In this document: positions 12,334 through 25,030 of the stretch, piece after piece
Layout: each line of letters opens with the position of its first letter
How positions within the stretch are numbered: position 1 is the first letter of the stretch
Source of the DNA: Azolla caroliniana
Taxonomy: Eukaryota > Plantae > Polypodiophyta
DNA: 64,000 nucleotides
Assembly: GCA_043228905.1 (NCBI GenBank)
Contig: JBHGNT010000002.1
Location: 24,428,001-24,492,000, forward strand
Direction of reading: 5' to 3'
Made by a program: the position numbers and the translations under genes
The notes under the pieces: generated by a model
What the model was told of the DNA's origin: nothing
Databases searched by the model: none
Seen by the model: only the letters and a program-made list of their open reading frames with translations

Positions 12334-15300
12334 TACTCCCCCTCTTTAAAACATTGCACTCTTGCAATGGAAAGTTAGGGAAGTTAGTTCTAAGAGTATT
12401 TTCGCGTTCCCATGTGGCATCTTTTATTGATTTATCCATCCATTTTATTTTAAATTCTCGGATTTCTTTAGTACGTAATTTTTTTGTTTTAACATCGAGA
12501 ATTCTTTCTGGTACATGTGGTTTAGAAGATAATTCTTCAGAAGTAACCAGAGTTTCAGTCGTAACTGTATTGTCGCCAGAACCTAGAAGTTCTTTTAGAC
12601 GACTCACATGAAAGACTGGATGAATTCCGACACCATCGGGAAGAGCGAGATGATAGGCTGATGACCCAATGCGTTTGAGGACTGTAAAAGGTCCACAAAA
12701 CCGTGGGGCTAACTTAGCGCACTTACCCGTAGACAATGTCTTAGAATTGTGAGGTACACGTAAAAATACCTTCTGTCCATGGTTGAATACACGAGGTTGC
12801 CTATGATGATCAGCATAAAAACGCGCTCTATCTTGAGCTGTTTTTATATTATCTCGTGCAATATGCAACATATCTTGCATATCCCGAAGAAAGTTTTGCG
12901 TACTTTGCAACTCATCATGATGTATATTAACATCAATCGGGGCTCGTGGCTGAAAACCATACATCAACATAAAAGGACTATATCTCGTCGACGTATGCTT
13001 GGAGCTGTTATAAGCAAACTCCAAAATTGGGAGATAACGTTCCCATTTTGTTGGTTTTGCACCAACGTATGCTCGAAGCATGTCCTCAATAATTTGATTT
13101 ACTCGTTCTGCCTGTCCATCGGATTGAGGATGATCCGTGGAGCTCATGCTCAACGTAGTTTCTAACTTCTTAAAGACTTGTGTCCAGAAGTCACTAGTAA
13201 ACTTTGGATCTCGATCACTCACGATATCCATCGGTAACCCATAAAAACGAAACAATTCATCAACGAATTGGTACGCCAATTCAGGAGCTGTTACCGTGGT
13301 TTTAGTAGCAATAAATCTGGCCATTTTAGTTAGTCGATCAACGACAACCCAGATGGCATCATGACCTTTTTGGGTGCGAGGAAGGCTAACAATAAAATCC
13401 ATGGATATACTTTCCCACTTATTATTGGGAATGTCCAAGGGATGTAAAAGTCCTGCGGCTTTTAGTCGCTCGGCTTTGTTAACCTGACACTGGTGACATT
13501 TAGTCACATAGCTATGTATGTCAGGACGCATCTTAGGCCAATAAAATTGAGTGGAGATGAGAACGAGTGTACGATGTATTCCAGGGTGCCCTGCTGAGGG
13601 TGCATCATGGCATTAAAAAAGAATCCTCTTTTTGACCTCGGATAAATCTAGAACACAAACCTTCCCATTACGGTAGAGCAAACCGTTAGCAATGTGGAAG
13701 TATTCCTTCGAGGATGTGGTGGTGTCTGTTCCAGACTCAACTCTTGCCCAGTATTTTGCGAAATAACTGTCATCAGGATACTTTCCTCGAAGGTGATCAT
13801 AAAGATCTGGTGATATTGCAGTGAAGCTAAGCATGTTAACTTCACGGATGCGACTTAGTGCATCAGCGACAGTGTTCATGGAACCTTTACGATATCGTAT
13901 GGAAAAATCAAAGTCCTGGATGAGATCAGCCCATCGTGCCTTACGACCTTTCAGGTCTTGTTGGTCACAAAAATATTTCAAGGACTTGTGGTCCGTAGTT
14001 ACCACAAAGTGATTTCCATAAAGATAATGGCGCCATGTTTTGAGCGCATGTATAACTGCAAATAATTCCTTTTCTTGAACGGTATACCGACATTGAGCAA
14101 AATCAAGTTTCTTACTCTCGAATGCTATTGGTTTACCATCTTGATACAAGACAACACCTATAGCATAGTCGCTTGCATCGGTTTCAACCTCAAAAGGTTT
14201 TGAAGGATCAGGTAAAAGAAGTGAAGGAGCCTTGCAAACCAGGTCCTTGAGTTCCTTAAAGGCGAGGTCTAGTGTAGCATTCCACATAATAGGTTTTGTA
14301 GACTTACGCGTTTGACCTTTTAAAATATCAGTAAACGGCGTCGTCAATTGGGAGTAATTACGAAGAGACTTTCGCAAAAACCCCACAAAACCAAGGAATG
14401 ATCGAACTTCTCGAATATTCCGAAGAGTGGGCCAAAGCTTGATTTTCTCAATGCGAGAAGGATCAATTTCAACTCCTCGTTCGGTTATGAGATGTCCTAG
14501 ATAAATAATTGATTTCTTGAAGAACTCACATTTTGAGATCTTCGCATAAAACTGTTTGTCACTCAATGTTTGTAAAACAAAGCGGACATGTCTAGCATGT
14601 TCTTGTAATGTACGGCTATAAACTAAAATATCATCCAAGAAAATAACGACAAATTTTCCAAGTTGTTCTCGAAAAATGTCATTCATTTCTTGTTGAAAAG
14701 TAGCCGGAGCATTGGTCAAACCAAAAGGCATAACCAAAAACTCGTAATGGCCATAGCGCGTACGAAATGCCGTTTTAGGAACATCGTCCTCACTTATTCT
14801 TATTTGATGGTAGCCAGTACGGAGATCAAGTTTCGTAAAATACCGAGCTCCCTGGAGACGGTCAATTAGATCGTCAGCCCGGGGCAATGGATACGAATTT
14901 TTGATCGTCACTTTATTCAAGCGTCGGTAATTAATACACATACGACATGTGCCCTCTTTCTTTTTAACCAAGAGAACTGGTGCACTCCATGGAGGTTTAC
15001 TATAACGTATATAACCCATTCGTAAATAGTCCTTGAGTTGCTTAGATACCTCATCTTCTTCGGATCGACTTAAGCGATACGGAGGTATACTTATTGGTGC
15101 AACACTAGGTACAATATCTATACGATGGTCTATATTACGTTTAGGAGGTAACCCATCAGGTAGTTCACTTGGAAAAACATCATGAAAATCATTTAAGATT
15201 TCATCAAGTTGTTGTTGTTCAAAATATGTTAATGATTTTTGGATTTGGGTTCTAGCATGGTGAACATAGTCTTCTAGCGAGGAAAATTTCCTGCTAGAGA

Positions 15301-15811
15301 GGTTCATTAAAGCTTGTGCTGCCTCAGTTCGAGAGGGAGGTTGCAGAAATTGGCCCTTAAAAACCGTGACAAAGTCTGTCCAGGTATCGGGCAATTTCCC
15401 CATAATACGGAGCCCACGCTACCAGGCGGCGGCCTTACCCCCGAGTTCTCGGCCGACATATGCAATCTTCGTACTATCTGGCGTGGGATAGAGCTCAAAA
15501 TGAGACTCCCATCGTCCCAGCCATGTGCAGATTGCTTCTTCGGTTCTTTCCTTTTTGTCTCCGGTAAATGGCTTAACGACAAATGATGGTTCACCTTGTC
15601 GCTCATCAGGTCTATTAGTCTCACGTTGTAGACTAATGACACGTGCCTCAAGAGCACTCTGAGATTGCTGAAGTTTGGTCATCTGTTGAGCGGTGAAACT
15701 AAGGTATTGGGTTATTTGTGCCAAATACATCTCAGTGGACATTTGTCCAAGAGGATTCCCTTGAGTTCCTTCCGCTTGAGCGGATGACATCGGGTCGTTA
15801 ATTTGAGCCAT
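12320..15811 (-). pseudogene. Single-frame gag-pol with two premature stops (15421-15419, 13615-13613) and no protease
   Basis: ORFs 15419-15811, 13613-15403 and 12320-13531 share one frame. RT ([29 protein letters not shown]), RNase H (ETDASD, EKELFA), integrase (HHCC; SMDF/SDRD/QAER; GPF), C-terminal chromodomain (PERILD...FKIKW...DATWE). Confidence 0.93.
12336..12347 (-). other. Polypurine tract
   Basis: AAAGAGGGGGAG ending 2 nt before the 3' LTR TG. Confidence 0.85.
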
Positions 15812-16988
15812 TAAAGATTATTTCTGGAAAAGAAATAGGATAAGGTCAGAGATATAGTCATAACATCATGTCGTGATGTAAACATATCATGGGCGAGCAT
15901 TAATCGATATCATTATCTCACGTCAATACCCCTCTAGACGTATGAGATGAGGTTCAAGATCAGGTTACATGGTAACACAAAGGTGTTTTAAAAACCATGG
16001 GGGTGACAAATAAATGTCTTTCCCTGATCTCTATATCAATTTTTTTATGTTGGCTCCCCGAGGCTCAACCATGTATGTTCGCATCATGAATAGTTTATAC
16101 ACGAAAAAAATGTGAACAATAAACTATGTTTCGGTGCCCACATAAGTGGTTTCGGCTCTTTAAGTCCTATTACGAGGACCCCGAGGTGCACTTAGACCTT
16201 AAGTCTAAACATGTGTTATAGTCATATGTATCAAGGATGTTGTATGGTCTTGGTCATATTTGAACTCGAGACCTCGAGAACAAATACATTAAACACTTGA
16301 GCCAACCAAGTAAGTTGTTGTTCTCGAATGCTTAATGTTTGATGCGTATAAGAGATATGCGAGGCAATTGATCATATATGTTTTTTTAAAAGAACATATA
16401 TGTCAAGGGTCCTTATTTCGCCCTCATTTACCAAAACTATGTTGGTACGTTACCTAACCTCAAGTCTCGTAATTACGATGGCATACGCCAAAGTGCAACC
16501 TAATGGTGAAGCCAAATGAACCCTTGTTTCGTAGTAGGCTCACGTGGGCCATCACATGGTCACGTCATTACGAATGCCTCTCGTAAGAACGAGCTCATGG
16601 AGGCATCGTATCCATGTAACGAGGGAGGGATGTTGGATACGTGTGTCATTGGAGCGACCTCACTTGAAGTGGGTCAAGCCCTACGTACTCAACATCATTA
16701 TGGCTATTGGCGTTTCTTTACGTAACGAAATCGAGGTCATCAACGGGGTTATCAACAATAAAAAATTGTTGAAAAAGGGATGGTGACCACGCCATTCTCA
16801 CAAAAATGTGAGGACGGCCACCAACATCCTTTTCCCGACAAGGACAACTTTCGATATAATCACGTAATAACGAATATACACATATGTTTACTTATCACAT
16901 ATATACGATCAAATACGTATATATGTGACCACATATGCCTATATTAAACATATCGTTATATTAAATAGCCACAAATGATGTGATCGAG

Positions 16989-17257
16989 ATACGTAATCGA
17001 GGTATATACCTCTACGCACACGAAACATCCACAAATAAGAGATCATCATAATACGCAATGGAGGTATTGACCTCTTACGCATACGAGACCAAACGCATAT
17101 CGTTTACAACAAATCAAGGTATTAAACTCATACGCAAACGTAACATATGTTCGTGAACGTAATACGTAATTGAGGTATTAACCTCGTACGCATACGACAC
17201 TCATCACATATTATTAATATGTCAAACGAGGTATTGACCTCGTGCACATATGTAAAC
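16989..17257. repeat. Five palindromic-core direct repeats separated by dissimilar spacers, in the retrotransposon 5' leader
   Basis: Cores GAGGTATATACCTC (16999), GAGGTATTGACCTC (17061), AAGGTATTAAACTC (17116), GAGGTATTAACCTC (17172), GAGGTATTGACCTC (17228). Confidence 0.8.
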
Positions 17258-17486
17258 GTTTTAGATAATCAACTAAAGACCACTACAACATCATTGACTT
17301 AATGAAAAAAATTACATATAAACTAAACACATGATTAGATGGGAGAAGAGAGAATAAAAAGAAAAATTATGGAAAGAGTTATCGAAGTTCTTTGTTGATC
17401 GTTGTCTGGATCAAGGCCAACCACACAACGATCGACCAGCATCAATCAAAAGACAAATGAAAAACAAAGAAACATTAGTACAAAAA

Positions 17487-17496
17487 TCTGATACCT
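17487..17496 (-). other. Primer-binding site, degenerate tRNA-iMet type
   Basis: AGGTATCAGA 2 nt after the 5' LTR, versus canonical TGGTATCAGAGC. Confidence 0.7.
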
Positions 17497-17498
17497 AA

Positions 17499-17953
17499 TA
17501 TTAGAGATCTAAGTACTAAAGTAAGCTTAAGATAAGGATAAAGAAATGAAAGATAGAAAGGAGAAAGAGAAAGAAGGGTGTCGATCCACCCGACCACCCC
17601 CGAGCGAAGGGATCGAGACGGACTCGAGCCTCGATCGGCGTCCCATACCACCGTCGTGGCGTCGAGTCGTACCTGGTGCTGGCGCGCTCGCTACAAGAGT
17701 TGACCCACCACACGAGCAGAGTCTCGATGTAGTCAAAAGATGATCAAATGAGGGTAGCTAGGCCTCTTATTTATTGCGATACCCAAGGCCCCCAGGCAAG
17801 TTCACACTTGACCTAATGGGTTGTCTCAATCCTGAGGATTAAAAGTAATCCTCCCCTTCTTTACACTCTCGTTTAACCCTCACACTTATCCACGTGTATA
17901 GAATACTACGGTAAATTCTTACCACGGGATATTATATGGTCATGCCCGTAACA
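17499..17953 (-). repeat. 5' LTR (455 bp)
   Basis: Direct repeat of 11879-12333, followed on the minus strand by the PBS-like site. Confidence 0.95.
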
Positions 17954-18629
17954 TATCATCTCACAAAAAGGTTATTGCATCTAACCCTACTATCATATTT
18001 TCATTAAGAGTGTCGACGTCGTGATGATCGCATGTTGTTGGACCTCCAGTACAAATTGTTCATTCATGGATATTGGGAATCCATTTTGTGCATAATGAAA
18101 TCACTTCCCAGTGAGATCATGCCCATGGAAAGGGTTATCGAATAAATGCTTCAGGTTCAAAATAGTCCCTCACATTGACTTCCTAGAATCCCACGGAAGC
18201 AAACAAAAAGATCCAAAAGATACGTAAAAGCAAAACATTGTATTTTAGTTGGATGCAAGATATCAAAATAGGGTTTGGAAGATGGAATGCAACACATTTT
18301 CTTCGTGATGCATCACTAGACTCCTATGTAAACGAGGCATTTTTGCAACGCTGATGTATCATGATACGGGAAAAATGTAGAGGCTTACGCTTCACACATT
18401 ATACTACGTATGCTGCATCTAACTACAAAAGCATATTCATTGTCAAATGGGGAAACCGTAACATCCATACATGTCATAGCCTATCCCATTGTCTGCCATC
18501 TGAACCACTGCTTCCATGCAACTTACCTCACACATGCATCGTGATGTGAGACAAGGCGTCGGGGCACAAAGTGATGAGAGTACTCGAATATGCAAACGAG
18601 TTTGTGAGTATCACACTTTGAATACAAAT

Positions 18630-18668
<39 letters not shown>

Positions 18669-19495
18669 GATCACATTCGACTATGATTTTCCACACGTCT
18701 TCGACCAAACCCCAAAGCCTTGCACGAATTTTCTCATAAGAGTCACAATGTGCACTCTCTCAATTGCAACAATCGTTGGTAAAGTTCCTTCTTGAGCATC
18801 AAGAGCCGTGGCTCACTTTGACATGTATTACGTGAAATTGAGTATTTCCGGTCTCACAGGTCATATGATGTTCTACCGTTTTCTTTGACCCAATGGGGGG
18901 GTGCATTGTGAGGATACAAGAGAAAGACAAACATGCTAATGGAGTGAGTGAGAGTTGTTTTTATCACACAAATTGGTCATAAACAAACAAACCCTACACA
19001 ACTTGAACCGAAGAAGAAGAAGAAACAAAGAAGAAGAAGAAGAAGAAGAAGAAGAAGAAAAAAGGTCATTGATCCAACATCTATCTCCCTAAACAAAAAA
19101 TTACTGTTTCTGCACCTCTTCTTCTTCTTCTTCTTCTTCTTCTCCAAGTCTCGATCGAGAGAGAGGTTTTTCTCTGCATTTCTTCTTGTTCTTCTACTCT
19201 TTTGCTTGAAGTCTCGATCGGGACTTTCTCTTTTCTTCCGTCTCCGTCTGTCTGTCCCTGCTGCGAGCTCGTCCAGGTTTGTCTGTCTCGTCTCTTCGCA
19301 TCTCTGATGCTTATCCTTGTTTTTCTTTTGCCCCTGCCTTTCCCCGTTACTGCATTTCTGATGTCGATTTTCCTTTTTTTAAATTTATTACGCCTAACCT
19401 AATTTTGCTTATATCTTCGCCTTTCGGATTCTTTATCTAATTATCTGTTACTTCGTTTCTGATCTCATTTTTTGGTTGTTTCCATTTCTGCAGAA

Positions 19496-22400
19496 ATGGC
19501 GATCAGAGCTGCTCGCCGTACAGCTTCCCTCTTGCGATCGTCTCTTTTCTCGTCGCAGCATCAGCAAGTTCGTCACCTCAACATCCATGAATATCAGGTC
19601 TGTTCTTTTCTCTTTTTAGATCTCAAAGGTTACCGCAGCATTTCATTGTCTAGAAGAAGCAAAGCAGATGAGCAAAAACGTGTTACCTTCTGTGATTTTC
19701 CCATGAACAAGGAAATATATTATGAGAAAAACGCTACATTTTCGAGTTTTCTTTTTCCCTTCTTCTTTTTTCTTTCTCAAGTGAAAGAGCTTCCTTTTCA
19801 AAGAAGAAGAAAAAATTAGATCAGGAAAGAATGCTTTTTGATCTGAAGAGTATGATTTTCATTCTCAAAAAATGAAGATCAAAGGAAGATGATAACATGT
19901 TTCAATCTCAAGAAAAGTTATTCCTTTCTAAAAAAGCAAACAGATCGGAGAAGAATACTTTTTGATGTCAAGCATATGCTTTTCCTTTCCATAAGAAGCG
20001 AAAAAGACGAGCAAAGAAATGTTACCACATTAAGCGTACGGTTTTTCAGTAAGAATCAAGAAAGGAGCTTAAATGCGATCCTATTGTAGAAAAGAAGACT
20101 ACCATATTTTTGAGTTTTTAGGGTTTCAATGACAAGGGAGTGGCTTTCCATTTCAAGGAAGACGGGAAAAGATGAGAAAAAGCATGTTATCGTTTCAACT
20201 CGATTTTTAAGAGGTGAAAAGAAATGCAAGAAAGAAAATGAGAGGAAGAAACCTACTATCTATTAGGGTTTTTTAGCTTTGTTGATATTGATAATGGTTT
20301 TTATTTTCCCTTCCAAATATGAGTGAAGAATGCTACCTTTGTACAAACTTTTGTAAGGATCAAGTCAAAATATAATCTTCCTTTTGCAGGGTGCTAAACT
20401 GATGAGTCAATATGGAGTGAATGTGCCTAAAGGTGTTGCCATATCTTCTCTCACAGAGATCAATGATGCACTGAAGCAAAACTTTCCCACTGATGAGGAG
20501 GTATGTATGGGATTAAAATGCATCTTGCTAACATTGTACTTGATACTTGCGTGCATATATGTATGCCAATTATAAGGGTATCCTGATATCATAGTTTTTA
20601 TTGTATGAAAACACTTTCTATGCTTCAAAAAATTTCCTATTTGTTCCGGCTGCGTATATCGTGAATATGCTAAACTAAGTGAGTCGTCATGGTTATCATA
20701 TAATAACAAAGAGTAAACTTATTAGATGTTCAATTCTTGCTTGATTCTTCATCTGATATGTATGTTGGCCTAGTATTAAATAAAATTGTTATCTATCTAT
20801 GTTTTGTGTGCTGTATTCTTTTTAAATTTTATCTAATGAAATGTGAGAAGCAGTGAACTTGTAAGTGCTAAGTTGAATTCATGTGCGGGGAATGCAAGGA
20901 ATGTACATAATGAGCTAGATGGCTTATTTTATGCAATTTATATTATCCTTTTTACATATAGGAAGTTGTGGGTTTTAAAAGCTAGCACATGTATTGGTTC
21001 ATATACAGCAAATGCAGTCACCAAAAGCTGACAGCTCTTTGCATTTTATTTTTGTTGTGGACTGTTGTTTGCAGCTGGTTGTGAAAAGTCAAATATTGGC
21101 TGGGGGTCGAGGTTTAGGAACTTTCAAAAGTGGATTCAAAGGTGGAGTACATGTCGCCAAGAGGAATGAAGTGGAACAAGTTGCAGGTTTGTGTATATTG
21201 TCATTTCAATTTTTTCAATTTAAAACGTGAATTGGAAAATGTAATGCAGATGGGCCTACAAATGGGATAGACCAATACTTGGACAGGCTTATAGCTGTAC
21301 TCTATTTCAAATAAATTCCAGCTACTTTCCTATACAATGTTTTGATTGAATACAGAAGTCCTGCATTAAAGAGAATACCAAACTTCAAGATTATCCTATT
21401 TATCGTGTTATTTACCCTACAATTGTAAAGTTAAGATCCTGAATCATAAGTTCAGGTCCTACATGGAAACTTCCTGGAAAATCACATGACATGTTGCTGA
21501 TTGGATAGGGTCTAGGTGGTTTACTGGTTGAACTGTCCTTTACCGTTGACATTGAAGATGTGAGAAATATGAGAGCATGACTTCTATGTACACAATTAAA
21601 ACTGATTATATATTAATTTTCTATGTAGGCAGCATGCTAGGTGGAATCCTTGTAACTAAACAGTCTGGTCCTGCTGGTAAACCCGTAAATGAGGTAGACT
21701 ATATGTTTGTTTTCTGAGTGAAAAACCTAAACACACAATTATGAAGTTAGTAAACTGAAGTGGATCTCTTAGAACTGTTTCTCTGTCTATTAATTTCTCT
21801 TTTTGGTGTAGGTATATGTATGTGAAAAGCTCTCTCTCGTAAATGAGATGTACTTTGCTATAGCTCTTGATCGTGCCAGTGCTGGACCAGTAAGTATCCT
21901 TTCCATATATACCCCATAAAATTTAGATGCAAACGTAGACTATGCATATAAATTTATTTTGCTTTTAATATCTGTTCCTAGCCATGAGTATGTAAGCCCA
22001 TAACATGGTTAGGTATAACAGAATTAATCAGGATAGTGAATGGGTATAGGACACTGAATAATGGGTCTCCTATAATTGTGAAGTTTCATCTGTGTATATA
22101 GAGCTGAAACAAATGTTAGCCATGGATAATAGTCTTAATGAGTTGTGGTTCCAGACGTCAGTATTGTGCCTAGATTTATTGAGTTTCTTTTGCTCATTAA
22201 AAGACCTGAATACTGCTTGATAAAATTTAGGTCTGATTATTGGCTACTTTAGGTCATTATTGCATGCAGTAAGGGTGGAACCAGTATTGAGGACCTTGCA
22301 GAGAAGTATCCAGATATGATCATAAAGGTTTGAACTCTTACAGTCTCTGTATTATGATATCATCTAAACTTGTCTGACTGTGAAATCTCTGGAAGGGATC

Positions 22401-23581
22401 AGGTCCCTGTGGATATATGGACAGGTATAACTGATACTGAAGCTGCAAAAGTGGTTGATGGTCTAAATCTGCAAGTCTCAGAGAAGGCAGCAGCTATTGA
22501 ACAGATTAAAAATCTTTACAAATTGTTCAGTGAAAAGGATTGCACTCTACTGGAAGTGAGTATATTTTTTGGGATTTACTGAATCTTAAATGGCTTCACC
22601 TAATGTCCTAACACTTTGTTTTGTCATCTGTAGATCAATCCATTAGCAGAGACCTCAGATGGAAAACTGGTTGCAGCAGATGCAAAACTCAATTTTGATG
22701 ACAATGCAGCATTCCGACAACAAGATGTATTTGCGTTGCGTGACACTTCACAAGAAGATCCCAGAGAGGTATTTTAGGGAGAAACTCCAAAATATCTGAG
22801 TTTTTCTTTGTTTCCCCAAATGGCCACAATTATTGTTTGACATGTGATTTCCATCAATAAACTCATTATATTTGAAATTATATGTAGGTTGCAGCAGCCG
22901 AAGCAGACTTGAATTACATTGGTCTAGATGGAGAGATTGGGTGTATGGTTAATGGTGCTGGCTTGGCAATGGCCACAATGGACATTATAAAGTTGCATGG
23001 AGGCACACCGGCTAACTTCCTTGATGTCGGAGGCAATGCATCAGAAGGCCAGGTTTCATAGCAGTGCCATCTTTTTCTCAACTTTAATCAAACCCTTGTA
23101 TAATATGTACATCATTCTATTTTCTTGTATTCCTGAAGGTTGTTGAAGCATTCAAAATCCTGACTTCAGACTCTAGGGTGAAGGCAATTCTTGTCAATAT
23201 CTTTGGTGGCATAATGAAATGTGATGTTATTGCGAGTGGCATTGTTAATGCAGCGAAGCAGGTGTAACTGACATCATGATTCTTTGCGAATTGGAAAATT
23301 AATTGGATTATAGCTACCTCTTAACCTTTGATTATTGGATTAGGTCTCTCTTGAAGTACCTTTGATTGTTCGATTGGAAGGCACAAATGTTGATATGGGG
23401 AAGAGCATACTCAAGGTAATTTTTTGTATGCAGAGTTTACACCGAGCTTCTGCTGTTTTCCCTAATGATGCTGATCATGTTTTCTTGTTTGAGATATTGT
23501 CAGGAAAGTGGAATGACGATAATTGCAGCTGAGGATCTTGATGATGCAGCCCGGAAAGCTGTAGAGTCTATTAAGGTGTAA
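19496..23581 (+). CDS. Succinyl-CoA ligase beta subunit, mitochondrial; 12 coding exons (19496-19597, 20390-20500, 21075-21186, 21629-21693, 21812-21889, 22253-22327, 22403-22555, 22634-22768, 22888-23052, 23139-23261, 23344-23415, 23504-23581); probable 5'UTR intron 19277-19493
   Basis: [89 protein letters not shown]; all introns GT-AG and in frame. Confidence 0.96.
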
Positions 23582-24174
23582 AGCGTCTAAACAACTATTT
23601 TGGCAGCTTTATCTGCAATTCTCAAACGCTTTCATAAAATTTTGTGCCCAATCTATACATTTGTATTACATGGCCATCTGTAGCTCAAAGGCATTGGAGC
23701 TCAGAAAATTATGTTGTGATGATTGAGCAGTCTGTCCTTCCTAAAAACGAAAATAATTACGTTAAAAGGGTTTAGGATCTGAAAATCCACAACAAAGCCT
23801 TTCATTATACTTCAATGTTTTATTCTGACAGTCAAGCAGTGATGATTTTGACAAATAATGTGGCCCCCAAAGATATACTTATTACCAATATTTTGATAAA
23901 GCATTTTGGGCTTATATTTTTTGTTGAGTCACAGGAACCTATCACTGTATTTCCTAGGCCCATGTTTTTGATGTTTTGATCATGTTCATGAAAATCTTTT
24001 TTGGATCTTTGTGCAAATTATAAACAAGAATCTTATTTAGTTTATTGATTTTTTAGTCTATTGATGATATAGTAAAGGAGTTTTCATGTTTATGTCTCCT
24101 TTGGTTTTGATGTTCATTGTTACATCCTTGCATTCATTCAATTCGAATTTCAAAGTATGATTGAAAATTTGAAA

Positions 24175-24306
24175 ACTTCAGCCTGTCGTCTATAAAATGA
24201 TATATTGCAGGAAACTGGGCTTATAAACGTGAATTTTGATTGGGAGAGATGTAACATTCAACTAGAAGGGGGCAGTATAGAGCTTTTATAGACGACAGGC
24301 TGAAGT
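24175..24306. mobile_element. 132-bp Stowaway-like MITE / fold-back element
   Basis: Perfect 23-bp inverted repeat ACTTCAGCCTGTCGTCTATAAAA (24175-24197) / TTTTATAGACGACAGGCTGAAGT (24284-24306); TA at the right end only. Confidence 0.65.
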
Positions 24307-25030
24307 ACATGTATCTCTTCTAGTTTTTGAGACTACTGTCATACATGTACGCAGTTATAAGAAACATACATGTAGGAAATATACAGCGTAATAAGAAACC
24401 CATTAAAGCAAATTATGTATAAGTTCTTGAATGTAAGTTATATAAGTGAAAAGCATGACTAATTATATAATTGAGTTGTATATAATTGAAGAGCATGACT
24501 AATCATTAAAGTTGGTAAATGTACCATATACTCACTCTCTCTATGGTGCCATTATGCTTAGTTTCTAGTGCACATACTGAACAATGATTGTTATTATGAA
24601 ACTTTTAAAACTTTAACAAGGATAAAGATACTTTTGCTAAATGTTCAAAACTAAAACAAGAAAATATTCACCTAGAACAGGAAAGACATTCAAAGTATGG
24701 ACAAAACTTTACTAACAATTAATGATTTGTTTTGATACATTACTCTCAAGGCACCTTATTGTTGAACAATCCACAATGAATTGAGAACCTCCATTCAATG
24801 AAATCATAGATAGATTTGAGTTTCTAGCACTATCTATGAAGACATTGTCACTAAGTAAAATTTCGCTTTAAGGGGTATGAAATAAATAAGCTATATCTTC
24901 CTTTCAGGTTTTGAGGAGTTGTCAGCTGTTGGGAAAAATACCCTCCACTCCTGGCTATTGTAATAATTCACACTGCCAAATTGTCTAGTACAATGGGGCT
25001 AACCATTTACCTTCAGCACACAACTCTAGC

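Larger units (their letters stand above)
11879..17953 (-). mobile_element. Ty3/Gypsy chromovirus-type LTR retrotransposon, both LTRs present, coding-defective
   Basis: Two 455-bp LTRs, TSD TATCA (11874-11878 / 17954-17958), PBS-like and PPT sites, gag-RT-RNaseH-integrase-chromodomain order. Confidence 0.97.

Noticed and set aside
16989-17257. True CRISPR array
   Set aside because: Repeats are degenerate, spacers are short, there are no cas genes, and it lies inside a eukaryotic LTR element. Kept only as a repeat-spacer-like structure.
18948-19402. Arg/Lys- and Phe-run ORFs (also 29993-30548 and 52527-53294)
   Set aside because: Products of (AAG)n/(CTT)n/(CT)n tracts in promoter or UTR regions.
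21890-21905. U12-type 5' splice site GTATCCTTT in an SCS-beta intron
   Set aside because: It lies 4 nt inside a normal GTAAGT donor, its use would shift the frame, and no U12 branch point is visible near the acceptor.
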